IMG/VR virus record: IMGVR_UViG_3300031953_000008
Location: 1 to 59,876 of that record
Length of the DNA: 59,876 bases
From: a virus
Taxonomy: Duplodnaviria > Caudoviricetes
Strand: one strand, 5' to 3'
The position numbers and the translations under genes are program-made. This document shows positions 9,940 to 19,697 of this stretch, in pieces. Below the pieces are notes generated by a model. The model saw only the letters and a program-made list of their open reading frames with translations, ran no database searches and was not told where the DNA came from. Each line of letters begins with the position of its first letter. Positions within the stretch are counted from its first letter, which is position 1.

Positions 9940-12218
9940 TAGCTTTGTGCGTTAATTAATGTTAGTTTGCTTTTTTCACTTCCAGAGAGTTTGACTATCC
10001 GTCCGTATTTCAGGGTTCCTTCTTCCAAATATTCTATCAGTCCGAAATAATTAGGTATATCCTTGCCGTCCACTTTCATAAATCCGAAAAACTGCGCTTC
10101 AATGAGTTGGGTCATTTTAAAGGATAAAGTGGTTTTGTCTGCTTGCACCCTGTTCCTTCCAAGATCCTTTACTATGATAGTTCCGTTCTCGGCCAATGCC
10201 ACTCCATTCTTATACGTAACCAAATCCTGATTGGCATTGCTCGATGAAAAGTTGATAAGTTTGTCATTGAAATGATACAATCCCCTCTTGACAGAATAGC
10301 CGTGTCCGTACAATAATCTGTTCATTGGGCTTAAATTCAAATTCCAAGCACTCTCGGGGTCGAATATCCCTTTAGGCGCAGCGGAAAATTCATCTTGCCA
10401 TAATTTATGTGTAATGACCTCCTGTGATACAAATTCGTACATCTTGAAAGTTCCTGATGGTTTAGCTGCGTGCATCCAGATATTTTCGTCCCTTGGTGTA
10501 TCAGAGTTTGGGAAATTGGCAAATGTGATACGTCTTGTTATCTCATAGCCCGTGGAATCTATGTTATAATCACAGATAGCCTCGTAGGTTTCCCCTTTTC
10601 GGTTATGAGTGGATAGTTCAGAGAGTCCATTTGGCTCGTCCAGTCCGTTTATTTCCTCGTAGTCCAGGGGTTCTTTTTGCCCGATCTTTATCTTTTTGAA
10701 GTAATCTGATTTAGAACTTTCGGTTTCTATCTCGTCCACACTACCTAATCGGATGCCGATAAAATTCTGCATCGTATAGGTCGCTTTTTCTATCCTTAAA
10801 TATTGTTGTCCTTTATCGATTTCAACACCCCAATACAAAGGCTCTAAATATTCAAAAGCCTCGAAAGCCTCTTTGAACGAGGTGTTGAATTGTATGGTCA
10901 CTTCTTCGTCGTTTTCGTCCAAGAACGAATCTGGGAATCCACGTGCCCAAAACCCATTATCTACCACGGCAAATTCGTATTCTCCGCCAATGCCGAAAAT
11001 AGAAGATCTTACAAGTCCGGTCTTTCCAGTGATCTTGGCCGCCAACCTATCGAACAAATCCAAAGGTTTGATGCATCGGCTGACCGTTGGTGGGTATTCT
11101 GTTTTATCTATGACGTTTATTGTACCTGTCGAGTTGATATAAACCCGTTGATAGCCTGAATCGGTATGATATGACCTGTCAATGGCCGAATAGGAATAAA
11201 ATATAAGCGAAAGGCTTTCCCCTTTCAACAAATTGATTTCCCTGTCAAAAGGAACGGTAAATTCAGTTCCAATGTTCTGAGAGGCTTCAAATAAGGTGAT
11301 ACCTGACGGGTTGGAAGCAGAATACATCAGTAAATCCTCACCCTCTTTTATTACTTGTTCATTGTTGATCTTTTCGCTTTTTATGTATTGTACCCTGAAA
11401 TCCTCGCCCTGTACATATTTAGCATCGACCGAGTCTATCTTGAATTTTAGATTGAATTTAATTTGATATACCTTATCTTCTTCCGCTTCGAACAGGAATG
11501 GGAATCCTACATCAATATTGTTTCCAACACCCACATCTGCCGATGGACTTTCAACAGTGTTATTATAATCACCTATGGCATTGGTCGGGGTCTGTATGTC
11601 GGCTTTGTTCGAGGTATAGATAAGTTCCATTGGTATCGGGCGTCCTTTCTCGATCAATGCTGTATGGTAATACCCCGAATCTATCCTATAGTCGTTTCGG
11701 TCGCCCTTCAAGTAACTCTCCAAAAACAACTTACGTTCCTTGGGCTGGAATGGATGGGTTTTTAACTTTCCAATTGGGTCTAAATCTGCGGAGTTTTCTT
11801 CGATAAGGTCGTATTTGTCGTCATATCGGTCTTTGATATCCTCAAATAACCCTCCCTCGGTAGCTTTGATAGTAATCGCTCCTGTTTTTGATATTTCTTT
11901 ATAGGTAAATAAATCGAGTTCTTGTACGTATCTCAAAATCCACGCTTCGTCCAATGCATATTGTGATTTTTCGTATTTAGATATTAAGATACGTTCTGTA
12001 ATCCCAAAAGACTTGTAAATAGTACTGATGTATTCAGAGGCGTCCCCGTAAAAGGTTAAATCAACCTCTATTTTTTGAGTTACGAAACGTGAATCCTTGT
12101 CCCTATCCAAAGAACGATTGTCATTTCTCCATCCATCGGGTTTCTGTACTTCTTTAGTTCCAAGTACCCGTGTGGAAAGTATGTATTTAGAGGTGCGTGA
12201 TCGCTCGAATATATCCAT
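9939..12218 (-). CDS. Tail hub/baseplate-type protein
   Basis: 759 aa directly after the tape measure gene. Confidence 0.65.
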   Translation of the reverse strand: MDIFERSRTSKYILSTRVLGTKEVQKPDGWRNDNRSLDRDKDSRFVTQKIEVDLTFYGDASEYISTIYKSFGITERILISKYEKSQYALDEAWILRYVQELDLFTYKEISKTGAITIKATEGGLFEDIKDRYDDKYDLIEENSADLDPIGKLKTHPFQPKERKLFLESYLKGDRNDYRIDSGYYHTALIEKGRPIPMELIYTSNKADIQTPTNAIGDYNNTVESPSADVGVGNNIDVGFPFLFEAEEDKVYQIKFNLKFKIDSVDAKYVQGEDFRVQYIKSEKINNEQVIKEGEDLLMYSASNPSGITLFEASQNIGTEFTVPFDREINLLKGESLSLIFYSYSAIDRSYHTDSGYQRVYINSTGTINVIDKTEYPPTVSRCIKPLDLFDRLAAKITGKTGLVRSSIFGIGGEYEFAVVDNGFWARGFPDSFLDENDEEVTIQFNTSFKEAFEAFEYLEPLYWGVEIDKGQQYLRIEKATYTMQNFIGIRLGSVDEIETESSKSDYFKKIKIGQKEPLDYEEINGLDEPNGLSELSTHNRKGETYEAICDYNIDSTGYEITRRITFANFPNSDTPRDENIWMHAAKPSGTFKMYEFVSQEVITHKLWQDEFSAAPKGIFDPESAWNLNLSPMNRLLYGHGYSVKRGLYHFNDKLINFSSSNANQDLVTYKNGVALAENGTIIVKDLGRNRVQADKTTLSFKMTQLIEAQFFGFMKVDGKDIPNYFGLIEYLEEGTLKYGRIVKLSGSEKSKLTLINAQS

Positions 12219-15200
12219 TTAGTAAGACCTTTTATCTTCGTTTATCACTGTGACTTTATTATTTATTGGGCGGGATGCCAATTTCTTGACCTCTTTCCAA
12301 ACTTTTTCATTAGAGGTATTTAATCTTCTCATTTCATCCCGTAAAGCATTGTCGGTTTGGTGTCTTGAAATCTGCTCCCCGTTGCTCTGCATATTCAAAT
12401 TGAATACGGCTCGGTTGATTTCTTCTTCGTTGTTGCGTGAAAAGAAATCTTCGTGGGATTTAACGATCTTATCCCCTTTTTCAAGATACCTGTAATTAGG
12501 CTTGTCGCTACCGAATGTCTTTACATTCCCGTCCTTATCGGTGTGCACCTCGGGGCGTTTTTCATCGACCAATGCCCAACCTTCGGGAGCGTTGTCCGTA
12601 CCTCCTTCAAAGGCGGATATGGATTGTGCTACTACTGCACCTGCGGATGCTGCTGCCGTTGCAATGGCTACAGGAACTGCGCTCGCTGTGTATAATGCAG
12701 CATTAACCACCCCGAAAGGCCAAGGCGCAGACGCCGCAATGACCGCTGCTGCCGTTGTAATAGCTGATAAGGTACGTGCTAAGTTGATTCCAATCTCGGC
12801 CAATGCTATCGCCTGAGTAAACAAGAAAGCCTCGTTCTCACGTTTCTTTTTCTTCTTCTGTAATTCGAGTTCTTTTCGGTCACGTTCAGCTTCAATGGCC
12901 GATCGTTGTTCTTCACTTAAATTTTCATCGTCGAGTTTGGCGGCATAGAATCGTTTGTTTTCGTCGATTTCATCGTCCACCTTTGCTACCTGTGCATCTA
13001 AAATGGATTCCCCAAGATCAATGACCGAATCGGCCAAATCCCGCCTTAATTCTTTTTCGAGTTCAATAGCTTCTTCAATGATTTTCCTTCGGTGTTCCTG
13101 TTGTTTTTTAAGGGCATCGAGTTCTTCCTTGTTTTTGTCCTCAGCAGCCTTTAGTTCATCTTCCCCTAGTTTTTCGGCAATGGCCAATTGTTCCTCGGCA
13201 TTGGTTTTTAATCTCGCCAATTCATCGTTTTCAAGAAGCGCTATATAGGTGTAATCATCTTCCTTTATAGTCCTGATTACGGCACTGGCGGCTTTTTGAC
13301 CCTCGATCATATCGGTTAAATTCTCATTTCCAGTATCGGGCATTTCAGATGAAAAAGAAATAACTCCACCTGTTTCTATCTTCCCGATAGCCTCTAATCC
13401 TATTTTAAGATGTTCTATTTTAGCAGTAACCCCGTCTATTTGGGATTGATAATCTTTCCAAGCCTCGGTATTGGTAGCCAATCGGCTTTGTTCGTCTTCG
13501 AGTGCCGATTTCAGTTTTTCCAAGGCAGCGACAGAACCCGCTATGATCACTTTGGATTCTTTGGCAGTTTTGTTTTTGCGTTCCCAAAGTTCAAGTTCTT
13601 TCTCGGCTTGTTTTATTCTTTTGTCAGCATCTGCCCTTCCCTCGGTATCGGTTGTTTTTGTTGCGTTCCAATCTATTGTAGCCGCTTTTAATTGTTCTTC
13701 CCAGTATATCTTGTCCTTTATAAGTGTTATGCCATCTTCTGATCTTTTCTTTTCCTCGTCCAGACTTTTGCCGAAATACCAAGCGTTATTGACCGCCGTT
13801 GATTGATACCTGTTTAATGCTATAATGTTCTTTTCTATAATCCCTTTTTGCCGTAGCAATTCTTCTGATAAAACTCCTTTTTTTGCTACTTCATCAATCT
13901 TTTCGAGTTCTTTCTTCATATAAACAAGTGCGCTTGTCACCGTTTCATAATCGTTGGTGTCAAAGTTTTTTGCCGTAGCCACACCCGCATCACGTTCCAA
14001 TCCCATTGCTTCTCTTGCAACAGCGACCATTTCACGGTATTTGGCTACTTTTTTTCCATATAGTTTTATATTGTAATCAATTGCGGGGTTCAAGAGGGTA
14101 TATCCCATTAATTCCCAGCTTGGAAATCCTCTTACTTCGTTCTTTTTAAGATCTTGCATCCTCGCTTCCTTATCGGTAAGCGCTTTTAATTTTTGTTCGT
14201 AATCTTCCATTATAGCGATCAAAGAAGGCAACCTGTTTTTTGCCGCCAATTCGATACTACCTCCTAAATTGTCCACATCGTCCTGCAACATCTTGAACAT
14301 ACTTGCATTACCTGTGCTTTTACCAAGAGCAATGAATGTTTTAAATTCATCGTTCATATCGGCAATCCCATTGAATATCTTGGTAAGGGAATCAATAGTG
14401 CCCAAAAAGACTTTTCCCATCACCCCTTGACCTGATTTCAAGGACAAAATCCATTTTTCCCAAGCAGAGTTCAACATTTCCAACTTGGCATCGAAGGCTT
14501 CCATTTTTTGTTTTACCAAATCGTCTAACGCACCTCCGTTCGCCCTGATCTCGGCGGCGTTTTCCTGAATAAGATGTGAGTTATTGGCTAATACCACCCC
14601 TATTTTTCCCGCTTGCGCACCAAATAATTTAGAGGCAATGGCCAATTGTTCCTGACCCGTCTTGCCTTCTTCTGCGGCTTTGTTGACCAATTCCAAGGCT
14701 TCGGACAATGAGCGTCCTTCTTTTGCCAATTTTTGTTGTGCAGTACCCAGCAATCGACCTGCCTGTTGTGCTTTCAGACCGTTATCAGCTAAAATACCGA
14801 TAATAGCACCAGTATAAGCCAAATCCTCTCCCAAAACCCTTGAAATAGGTGATAAATATTGGAATGAATCCACCATTTTTTGGAAGTCCAGGGAAGTTGA
14901 AGTCCGAATCGTAGCAATCACATCGGCAAATTTTGCAGCTTCACGTGAACTTGCACCAAAAGAATTTAATGATTGAACCAAAAATTCCCCCGCAGCTTCA
15001 CTTGTGGTATTAAGTGCAATTCCTAAATCATTGGCGGGTTGCAACAATCTCTCAACATCCTCTTTCGACTTACCCAAAACAAGCAATGAGGTCGCTAATT
15101 TAGCAACATCGTTCGAGGTCATAATGGATTGTGAGGCAACGTCTTTTATCTTGGCTTCCAAAGATTCCAACTCTCCGCGGGTAGTCCTGAGCACCCCTGC

Positions 15201-15941
15201 CATTGTTTGCATTTCCTTGTCGAAATCCCGAACCCTTTGAATCGCATCTTTAATAGTGCTTGCAATCAAAAATATCGTCCCGAAAAAACCGAAGGCAACG
15301 GCCAATGATTTCAATCTTGAAACCGCCACTTGCATAATAGCGGTGGAACGTGCGGTAGCGGTTGCGGCTTGGTTTATTTTAAGTGAAAGCCTATCGTACT
15401 CTTTTTGAGCGACACGAATCGCTTTGGAGTTTTGGTTACGTGCGGCTATTTCATTTTGGAGTACTAATTTTGCTGCTTTTTGTTGCGCCAAAAGCGTAGC
15501 GTAGTTTCCCGATAATTTGTTAATGGCTGCGGCTTCCTTTTCTTTTGCTTTCGCAGCTTTTTCTTGTGATGCAAGTAATTTGTTATTTGCCTGTGTTGAT
15601 TTTTGTAATTGTTGAAATTCTTTTTCCTGTGCTTGAACTTTTTGTGTTGCAAAACGGTATTCAAGGTCGGCTTGGCGTTTCAATGCGGCTTCCCTTTTCT
15701 TCATTGCCGCATCCTGTTGTTTCGTGGATTGTGTAACCCCATCAAGTGCTTTCTTGGTCTGTTGTAGCATCTTGTTCAAATCCGCTGCCGAAGTCCCTTT
15801 AAAAGCCGTCCCTAAATGTTTGCGTATTGCCCCTGAGGACAGTTTTACCGCCTCGTCTATTTTCTTTATCTCTAAAACCAAAGCAGCAATTTCCCGCTTG
15901 GCCTGATCAATAGGTTCTTTATAACTATTCTCTCCTGGCAT
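12219..15941 (-). CDS. Tape measure protein
   Basis: 1240 aa, Ala/Glu/Lys coiled-coil; TP901-type core (DFDKEM...GILADNGLKAQQAG); AFEGGT...LVDE.RPE C-terminal motif. Confidence 0.92.
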   Translation of the reverse strand: MPGENSYKEPIDQAKREIAALVLEIKKIDEAVKLSSGAIRKHLGTAFKGTSAADLNKMLQQTKKALDGVTQSTKQQDAAMKKREAALKRQADLEYRFATQKVQAQEKEFQQLQKSTQANNKLLASQEKAAKAKEKEAAAINKLSGNYATLLAQQKAAKLVLQNEIAARNQNSKAIRVAQKEYDRLSLKINQAATATARSTAIMQVAVSRLKSLAVAFGFFGTIFLIASTIKDAIQRVRDFDKEMQTMAGVLRTTRGELESLEAKIKDVASQSIMTSNDVAKLATSLLVLGKSKEDVERLLQPANDLGIALNTTSEAAGEFLVQSLNSFGASSREAAKFADVIATIRTSTSLDFQKMVDSFQYLSPISRVLGEDLAYTGAIIGILADNGLKAQQAGRLLGTAQQKLAKEGRSLSEALELVNKAAEEGKTGQEQLAIASKLFGAQAGKIGVVLANNSHLIQENAAEIRANGGALDDLVKQKMEAFDAKLEMLNSAWEKWILSLKSGQGVMGKVFLGTIDSLTKIFNGIADMNDEFKTFIALGKSTGNASMFKMLQDDVDNLGGSIELAAKNRLPSLIAIMEDYEQKLKALTDKEARMQDLKKNEVRGFPSWELMGYTLLNPAIDYNIKLYGKKVAKYREMVAVAREAMGLERDAGVATAKNFDTNDYETVTSALVYMKKELEKIDEVAKKGVLSEELLRQKGIIEKNIIALNRYQSTAVNNAWYFGKSLDEEKKRSEDGITLIKDKIYWEEQLKAATIDWNATKTTDTEGRADADKRIKQAEKELELWERKNKTAKESKVIIAGSVAALEKLKSALEDEQSRLATNTEAWKDYQSQIDGVTAKIEHLKIGLEAIGKIETGGVISFSSEMPDTGNENLTDMIEGQKAASAVIRTIKEDDYTYIALLENDELARLKTNAEEQLAIAEKLGEDELKAAEDKNKEELDALKKQQEHRRKIIEEAIELEKELRRDLADSVIDLGESILDAQVAKVDDEIDENKRFYAAKLDDENLSEEQRSAIEAERDRKELELQKKKKKRENEAFLFTQAIALAEIGINLARTLSAITTAAAVIAASAPWPFGVVNAALYTASAVPVAIATAAASAGAVVAQSISAFEGGTDNAPEGWALVDEKRPEVHTDKDGNVKTFGSDKPNYRYLEKGDKIVKSHEDFFSRNNEEEINRAVFNLNMQSNGEQISRHQTDNALRDEMRRLNTSNEKVWKEVKKLASRPINNKVTVINEDKRSY

Positions 15942-16554
15942 GTCTTGATTTTTGGTCGTTTTGTTGTTTCAGTTTTTTGATCATCATCACGAATTTTTCA
16001 ACTGTTGTAGTACGTGGGTTTATTTCGTTCTTGCCCAATGCTAATTCTAAGGAAACGATCTGTTCGGTAATACTCATTGGCTCGGAATCATCGTCTGGTT
16101 TAAAACCGTCCAACTGATCGTTTTTCAACCGAATCTTATTTTTTGATTGTTTGAGTTGTTGGTACAATCGTTCGATTTCTTTTCCAACAGGTGCGTTTAG
16201 GTTCACACGGTACTTCCATTGCTTCAATTCCTCTGCGTATAGTTCTATTGCCTCTTTGTCGTCCAAACGCTTCTCGAGTTGTCCTATGAGCATCTCGGCG
16301 ACTTGATACCTTGTTTCTAAATACAATACTTCTGAAAAGACGGCAAAATACATCAGGGCGTCATTATCTCCACTTAATGTGCAGTATTCCTCGTAGATTT
16401 TTTCCCACTTTTCCTTTGCTTTTTTATCATCGATGGAAATCTTGGTTTCCTCGTCCCAACCCTTTACCAAATATCGATGGTCGTTTGTTTCCAAGACCTG
16501 AAAGAATTGGTATATGAATATGTCCTTGCAGGATTTGAAATAGCGGTTCTCCAT
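15925..16554 (-). CDS. Tail assembly chaperone candidate
   Basis: Immediately upstream of, and overlapping, the tape measure gene. Confidence 0.55.
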   Translation of the reverse strand: MENRYFKSCKDIFIYQFFQVLETNDHRYLVKGWDEETKISIDDKKAKEKWEKIYEEYCTLSGDNDALMYFAVFSEVLYLETRYQVAEMLIGQLEKRLDDKEAIELYAEELKQWKYRVNLNAPVGKEIERLYQQLKQSKNKIRLKNDQLDGFKPDDDSEPMSITEQIVSLELALGKNEINPRTTTVEKFVMMIKKLKQQNDQKSRHARRE

Positions 16555-16576
16555 TGAAATAGTAGTTTGGTAGTAA

Positions 16577-16660
16577 AAAGGCCAATGATAAAAGCGAAGT
16601 GTCGCTTCAAGACGAAATGTAGGTTTCCCGTGGGAATGTTCGTCTAATGGGGATGCCTTT
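16577..16660 (-). promoter_or_regulatory. Structured 5' leader of the chaperone/tape-measure transcript
   Basis: AAAGGC/GCCTTT closes AGACGAA/TTCGTCT (inner TTCCC/GGGAA) and GAAGCGA/TCGCTTT hairpins; TACATTTA box at 16668-16675. Confidence 0.5.
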
Positions 16661-16748
16661 GATACGGTAAATGTAATAAATAAAATCTATAACTAATTTG
16701 TTTTCTATCATATTTATTTATAGTATGTCGTATGTGTTAAGAATGATG

Positions 16749-16756
16749 TACATTTG
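16749..16756 (+). promoter_or_regulatory. -7 promoter box for the plus-strand accessory cluster
   Basis: TACATTTG, 20 nt upstream of ATG 16777. Confidence 0.65.
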
Positions 16757-16776
16757 GGGTAAGAAACAGAGAAATT

Positions 16777-17166
16777 ATGGAAGCAAAAGAACTTAGAATA
16801 GGAAATATTATTTGTTATAAAAACAAAGCAACTGTAACTTTGGATTTGTCGGATTTCAACGAGATATGTCAGAATGAGGAATTTCTTGATTTCATTTCAC
16901 CTGTTGCATTGACCGAAGATTGGTTGTTGAAATTCGGGTTTGAGAAAAACATAAATAAAGATCAAATAGACGGAATAGAAATGCATTTCCAAATAGATGA
17001 CAAAACGTATTTTTCGTCTTGTGGAAAGCTTGGAGGTGGATTAGTTGTTCTTTGCTTATGCCGTGGCAATTACTTTGCAAACAATTTAGAGTATGTCCAC
17101 CAATTACAGAATTTATGTTTTGCATTATCAGGAGAAGAACTTGAACTAGTAAAACCCGCCCAATGA
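16777..17166 (+). CDS. Conserved phage hypothetical (ELRIGN...PVALTEDWL.KFGF family); paralog of 31241-31639
   Basis: Shared RIGN, PVALTEDWL and VH.LQNL motifs; ends KPAQ*. Confidence 0.8.
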   Translation: MEAKELRIGNIICYKNKATVTLDLSDFNEICQNEEFLDFISPVALTEDWLLKFGFEKNINKDQIDGIEMHFQIDDKTYFSSCGKLGGGLVVLCLCRGNYFANNLEYVHQLQNLCFALSGEELELVKPAQ

Positions 17167-17669
17167 TGAAAAATAAAATTTTAAAATTAGTGGTACTACT
17201 ACTTTTCCCTATAATCACATTCGGACAATACCGATATAGCGATCACAAAGAAAGCTATCTTATTTTATCCACAGAATTTGACGTTAGGAATGCATTGGTC
17301 GGGAGTGATGTAAACCCACCTGCATACGATGGAGTATATAATATAGCATATCGAATAAAGGAATTTCACGCACAGGCATCATTTGAGAACTTTAGCGAGA
17401 TAGGATTTAAAAGTTATGCATTGGGACTTGGATATGTAATGAATCGTGAAAGCGCATTTCAATTAATGCTTATGGGTCAATTAGGACTTATAAACAGGGA
17501 TTCGGATTGGATTAAAAGAGATCACGATGTAATGATAAGTGGAAGCCTTCAATTAGAATACCATCTAAGGAATTTCTTTATCTTTGGACGAACTCAATTG
17601 AGATACCGTGGAGATTTAAGTAGAATAACAAACCCCGAAGGATATTTGGGGATAGCTATAAAATTATAA
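17163..17669 (+). CDS. Signal-peptide protein, outer-membrane beta-barrel-like
   Basis: Sec-type signal MKNKILKLVVLLLFPIITFG-Q; alternating aromatic strands; ends YLGIAIKL. Confidence 0.65.
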   Translation: MMKNKILKLVVLLLFPIITFGQYRYSDHKESYLILSTEFDVRNALVGSDVNPPAYDGVYNIAYRIKEFHAQASFENFSEIGFKSYALGLGYVMNRESAFQLMLMGQLGLINRDSDWIKRDHDVMISGSLQLEYHLRNFFIFGRTQLRYRGDLSRITNPEGYLGIAIKL

Positions 17670-17685
17670 AATAAATAGAGAAATT

Positions 17686-17946
17686 ATGAATTTTGAAGAA
17701 GCATTAAAAGCATTGGGCATAGAAGAATATTCAGAGCGGATATTTAATAGCAATTCCCACGGAGAGTTGATTCATTTGCCACAATACATTATTTTAGCAA
17801 AACATTTTGGTGGGCAAGAATGGTTTCCTGAATGGTTCAAAGAAACAGTTGAACTTGCTGAAAAGAATTGGGAAAGACCTGAAAGCGTTTTTCAGCATAT
17901 TGCAATGTTGTTACAAAAACAAATGAACGAAAAACCCGCCCAATGA
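17686..17946 (+). CDS. Hypothetical protein
   Basis: 86 aa; ends KPAQ*. Confidence 0.7.
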   Translation: MNFEEALKALGIEEYSERIFNSNSHGELIHLPQYIILAKHFGGQEWFPEWFKETVELAEKNWERPESVFQHIAMLLQKQMNEKPAQ

Positions 17947-18257
17947 ACCCACTAAAAAGAACAATCAAATTCATTTCAGACGTCACCAAGGAATTTAAGG
18001 CAATCACCAAGGAGCGAAAATTCTATTTTGAGTTAAAAAGCATCCTACCAAAATACCAGTTCGAGAATAAGTACGGACTAATGCAAACCATTCCACCAGA
18101 GCATTACGATTGTTTTCTTGAACTAATAAAATGGGGATGGGATTTTGATACCGCTTATGAGAACGTAGAAAACATCTTCGATTTGACTTGCAAAACAGAA
18201 AACACCATAAAAGATGTGGTTTTATCAATGGACAGGATGAAAGATTTTAAGATATGA
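17943..18257 (+). CDS. Hypothetical protein
   Basis: ATG inside CGCCCAATGA. Confidence 0.65.
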   Translation: MNPLKRTIKFISDVTKEFKAITKERKFYFELKSILPKYQFENKYGLMQTIPPEHYDCFLELIKWGWDFDTAYENVENIFDLTCKTENTIKDVVLSMDRMKDFKI

Positions 18258-18616
18258 TATTAACAGGAAAATGTTTACAGGATTTTTCGATATGGTATTT
18301 ACATAAAGAAGAATATTCAAACTATCAAATAATAGAGCCTTATCAGGAAGAAGTAAATATAGGTTTATATTTCTATGAAATGCCTAAATCTATGCAATAC
18401 GGGGTTTACGTAGATTTCTTTGATAGCGTAGGATTTGAACTACTTGTAGAAAGAAGTGTAGATGATGATTTGAATTTCATAAATGCCTTTGATTGGGTAG
18501 TATTGAATATTGAAAATGGGAACAACTATGGTGGCGGAGAAATTTCAGACACAAGGGAAGATGCCCGACATGAAGCTGTAAAATTAGCAAACGAAATATA
18601 TAATTTCGCCCAATGA
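18254..18616 (+). CDS. Hypothetical phage protein (LTGKC..DF...MQYGVYVDFFDS type)
   Basis: 120 aa; ends FAQ*. Confidence 0.7.
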   Translation: MILTGKCLQDFSIWYLHKEEYSNYQIIEPYQEEVNIGLYFYEMPKSMQYGVYVDFFDSVGFELLVERSVDDDLNFINAFDWVVLNIENGNNYGGGEISDTREDARHEAVKLANEIYNFAQ

Positions 18617-18768
18617 CTAAAGAAACAGAACGAGGAATCACCATAGCAGGAGAGCAAATGAAGAAAGCCTGTCAAGAAGCAGGTGAAGCAATGAGCGAAC
18701 TTTCAAAATCCCTCAAAGAACTCAAAAACAATAAAACCTTTGAAAACAAATCAAAATTCCACAAATAA
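18613..18768 (+). CDS. Small hypothetical protein
   Basis: 51 aa MTKETERG...SKFHK*, not in the ORF track. Confidence 0.55.
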   Translation: MTKETERGITIAGEQMKKACQEAGEAMSELSKSLKELKNNKTFENKSKFHK

Positions 18769-18775
18769 CCGCCCA

Positions 18776-19165
18776 ATGACCATAGAAAAACACAACCAAA
18801 ACCTGTACAGAGATTTAATAGATAGAGCAAAGAACAATCCGAACCAAATATTGTTCATTGGGTATTCATCTTACGAAGTATTAAAGAAAATGATACATAC
18901 ACATGTTGAATCAGTGGGCGGAACAGGATATTTCAATTGGAACTCAAGTGTTATGAGATTCAAAAACGGAAGCAAGATACTATGCGTTCCAATGTCCAAA
19001 ATGAAGGGAGAGGAAAACTACGAGCATCTTCATGGATTGCGTTTTAACGACCCGAGTTGCGGTTTTATGGCAGACAAAGGAATAGCCGATGAAGCCTTGG
19101 AGATTTTCAAATGTAGAATGAGGAAAATACCACCAATTGATTTTGATTTTAGAACGGTAGTTTAA
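18776..19165 (+). CDS. Hypothetical protein resembling a terminase ATPase fragment
   Basis: Start at CGCCCAATG; MRFKNGSKI...HLHGLRF...DEA-like segment. Confidence 0.5.
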   Translation: MTIEKHNQNLYRDLIDRAKNNPNQILFIGYSSYEVLKKMIHTHVESVGGTGYFNWNSSVMRFKNGSKILCVPMSKMKGEENYEHLHGLRFNDPSCGFMADKGIADEALEIFKCRMRKIPPIDFDFRTVV

Positions 19166-19626
19166 AACTTGAACATATTCTCTAAAATATATTTATATAA
19201 ATAGGGGAGTATCACGGTTTCGTTGATCATTTTGTTGTTTTCGTCGGTCAATGTCATTAATTCCTGACCAAACTCTTTTTCTAAGAACTTTCCTTTTCCA
19301 ACGCTCGAGTAAATAGAGAATGAATCCGCCTTTGCTTTTACCTGCATTGTTTCAAATAATTGACCACTCCAATCGAAATTCCAGTTTTGTCCACGTACTT
19401 TTGGACGTCTTGGCTTGTTGTATGGGTCACTTGCTTTTAAAGCCGTATAATCAGCGTAAGTACCCGCTACCGAACCTTTTGAGTTTAAGCCCAATGCTAA
19501 TTGTCGTTCTGTCAAAGTAAATATAATGAAATCAGCTTTCTCCATAACCGCTAACTGCCCAAGTTTCTCCAACTTGCTTTTCATCTTGATAAGATGATTG
19601 ATATAAGGCTCTACTAATTTGCTCAT
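19162..19626 (-). CDS. Neck/tail-completion-type protein
   Basis: 154 aa in the tail module; TATCTTTA box only 4 nt before ATG (possibly leaderless). Confidence 0.6.
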   Translation of the reverse strand: MSKLVEPYINHLIKMKSKLEKLGQLAVMEKADFIIFTLTERQLALGLNSKGSVAGTYADYTALKASDPYNKPRRPKVRGQNWNFDWSGQLFETMQVKAKADSFSIYSSVGKGKFLEKEFGQELMTLTDENNKMINETVILPYLYKYILENMFKF

Positions 19627-19640
19627 ACTATAAAGATATT

Positions 19641-19671
19641 AAAAAACCCCCTTCCACTGAGTGAAAGGAGG
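19641..19671 (-). terminator. Rho-independent terminator after the major tail gene
   Basis: CTCCTTTCAC-TCA-GTGGAAGGGG followed by T6 on the minus strand. Confidence 0.75.
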
Positions 19672-19697
19672 TGGGGTAAAAGTCAATAGATAGCTTC

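Noticed and set aside
10873-15906. Many plus-strand ORFs over the tail hub and tape measure genes
   Set aside because: Shadow frames of long minus-strand genes, with no motifs or leaders
15925-16554. Programmed frameshift of the tail chaperone
   Set aside because: No second overlapping chaperone ORF or convincing slippery site; the ORF runs into the tape measure start
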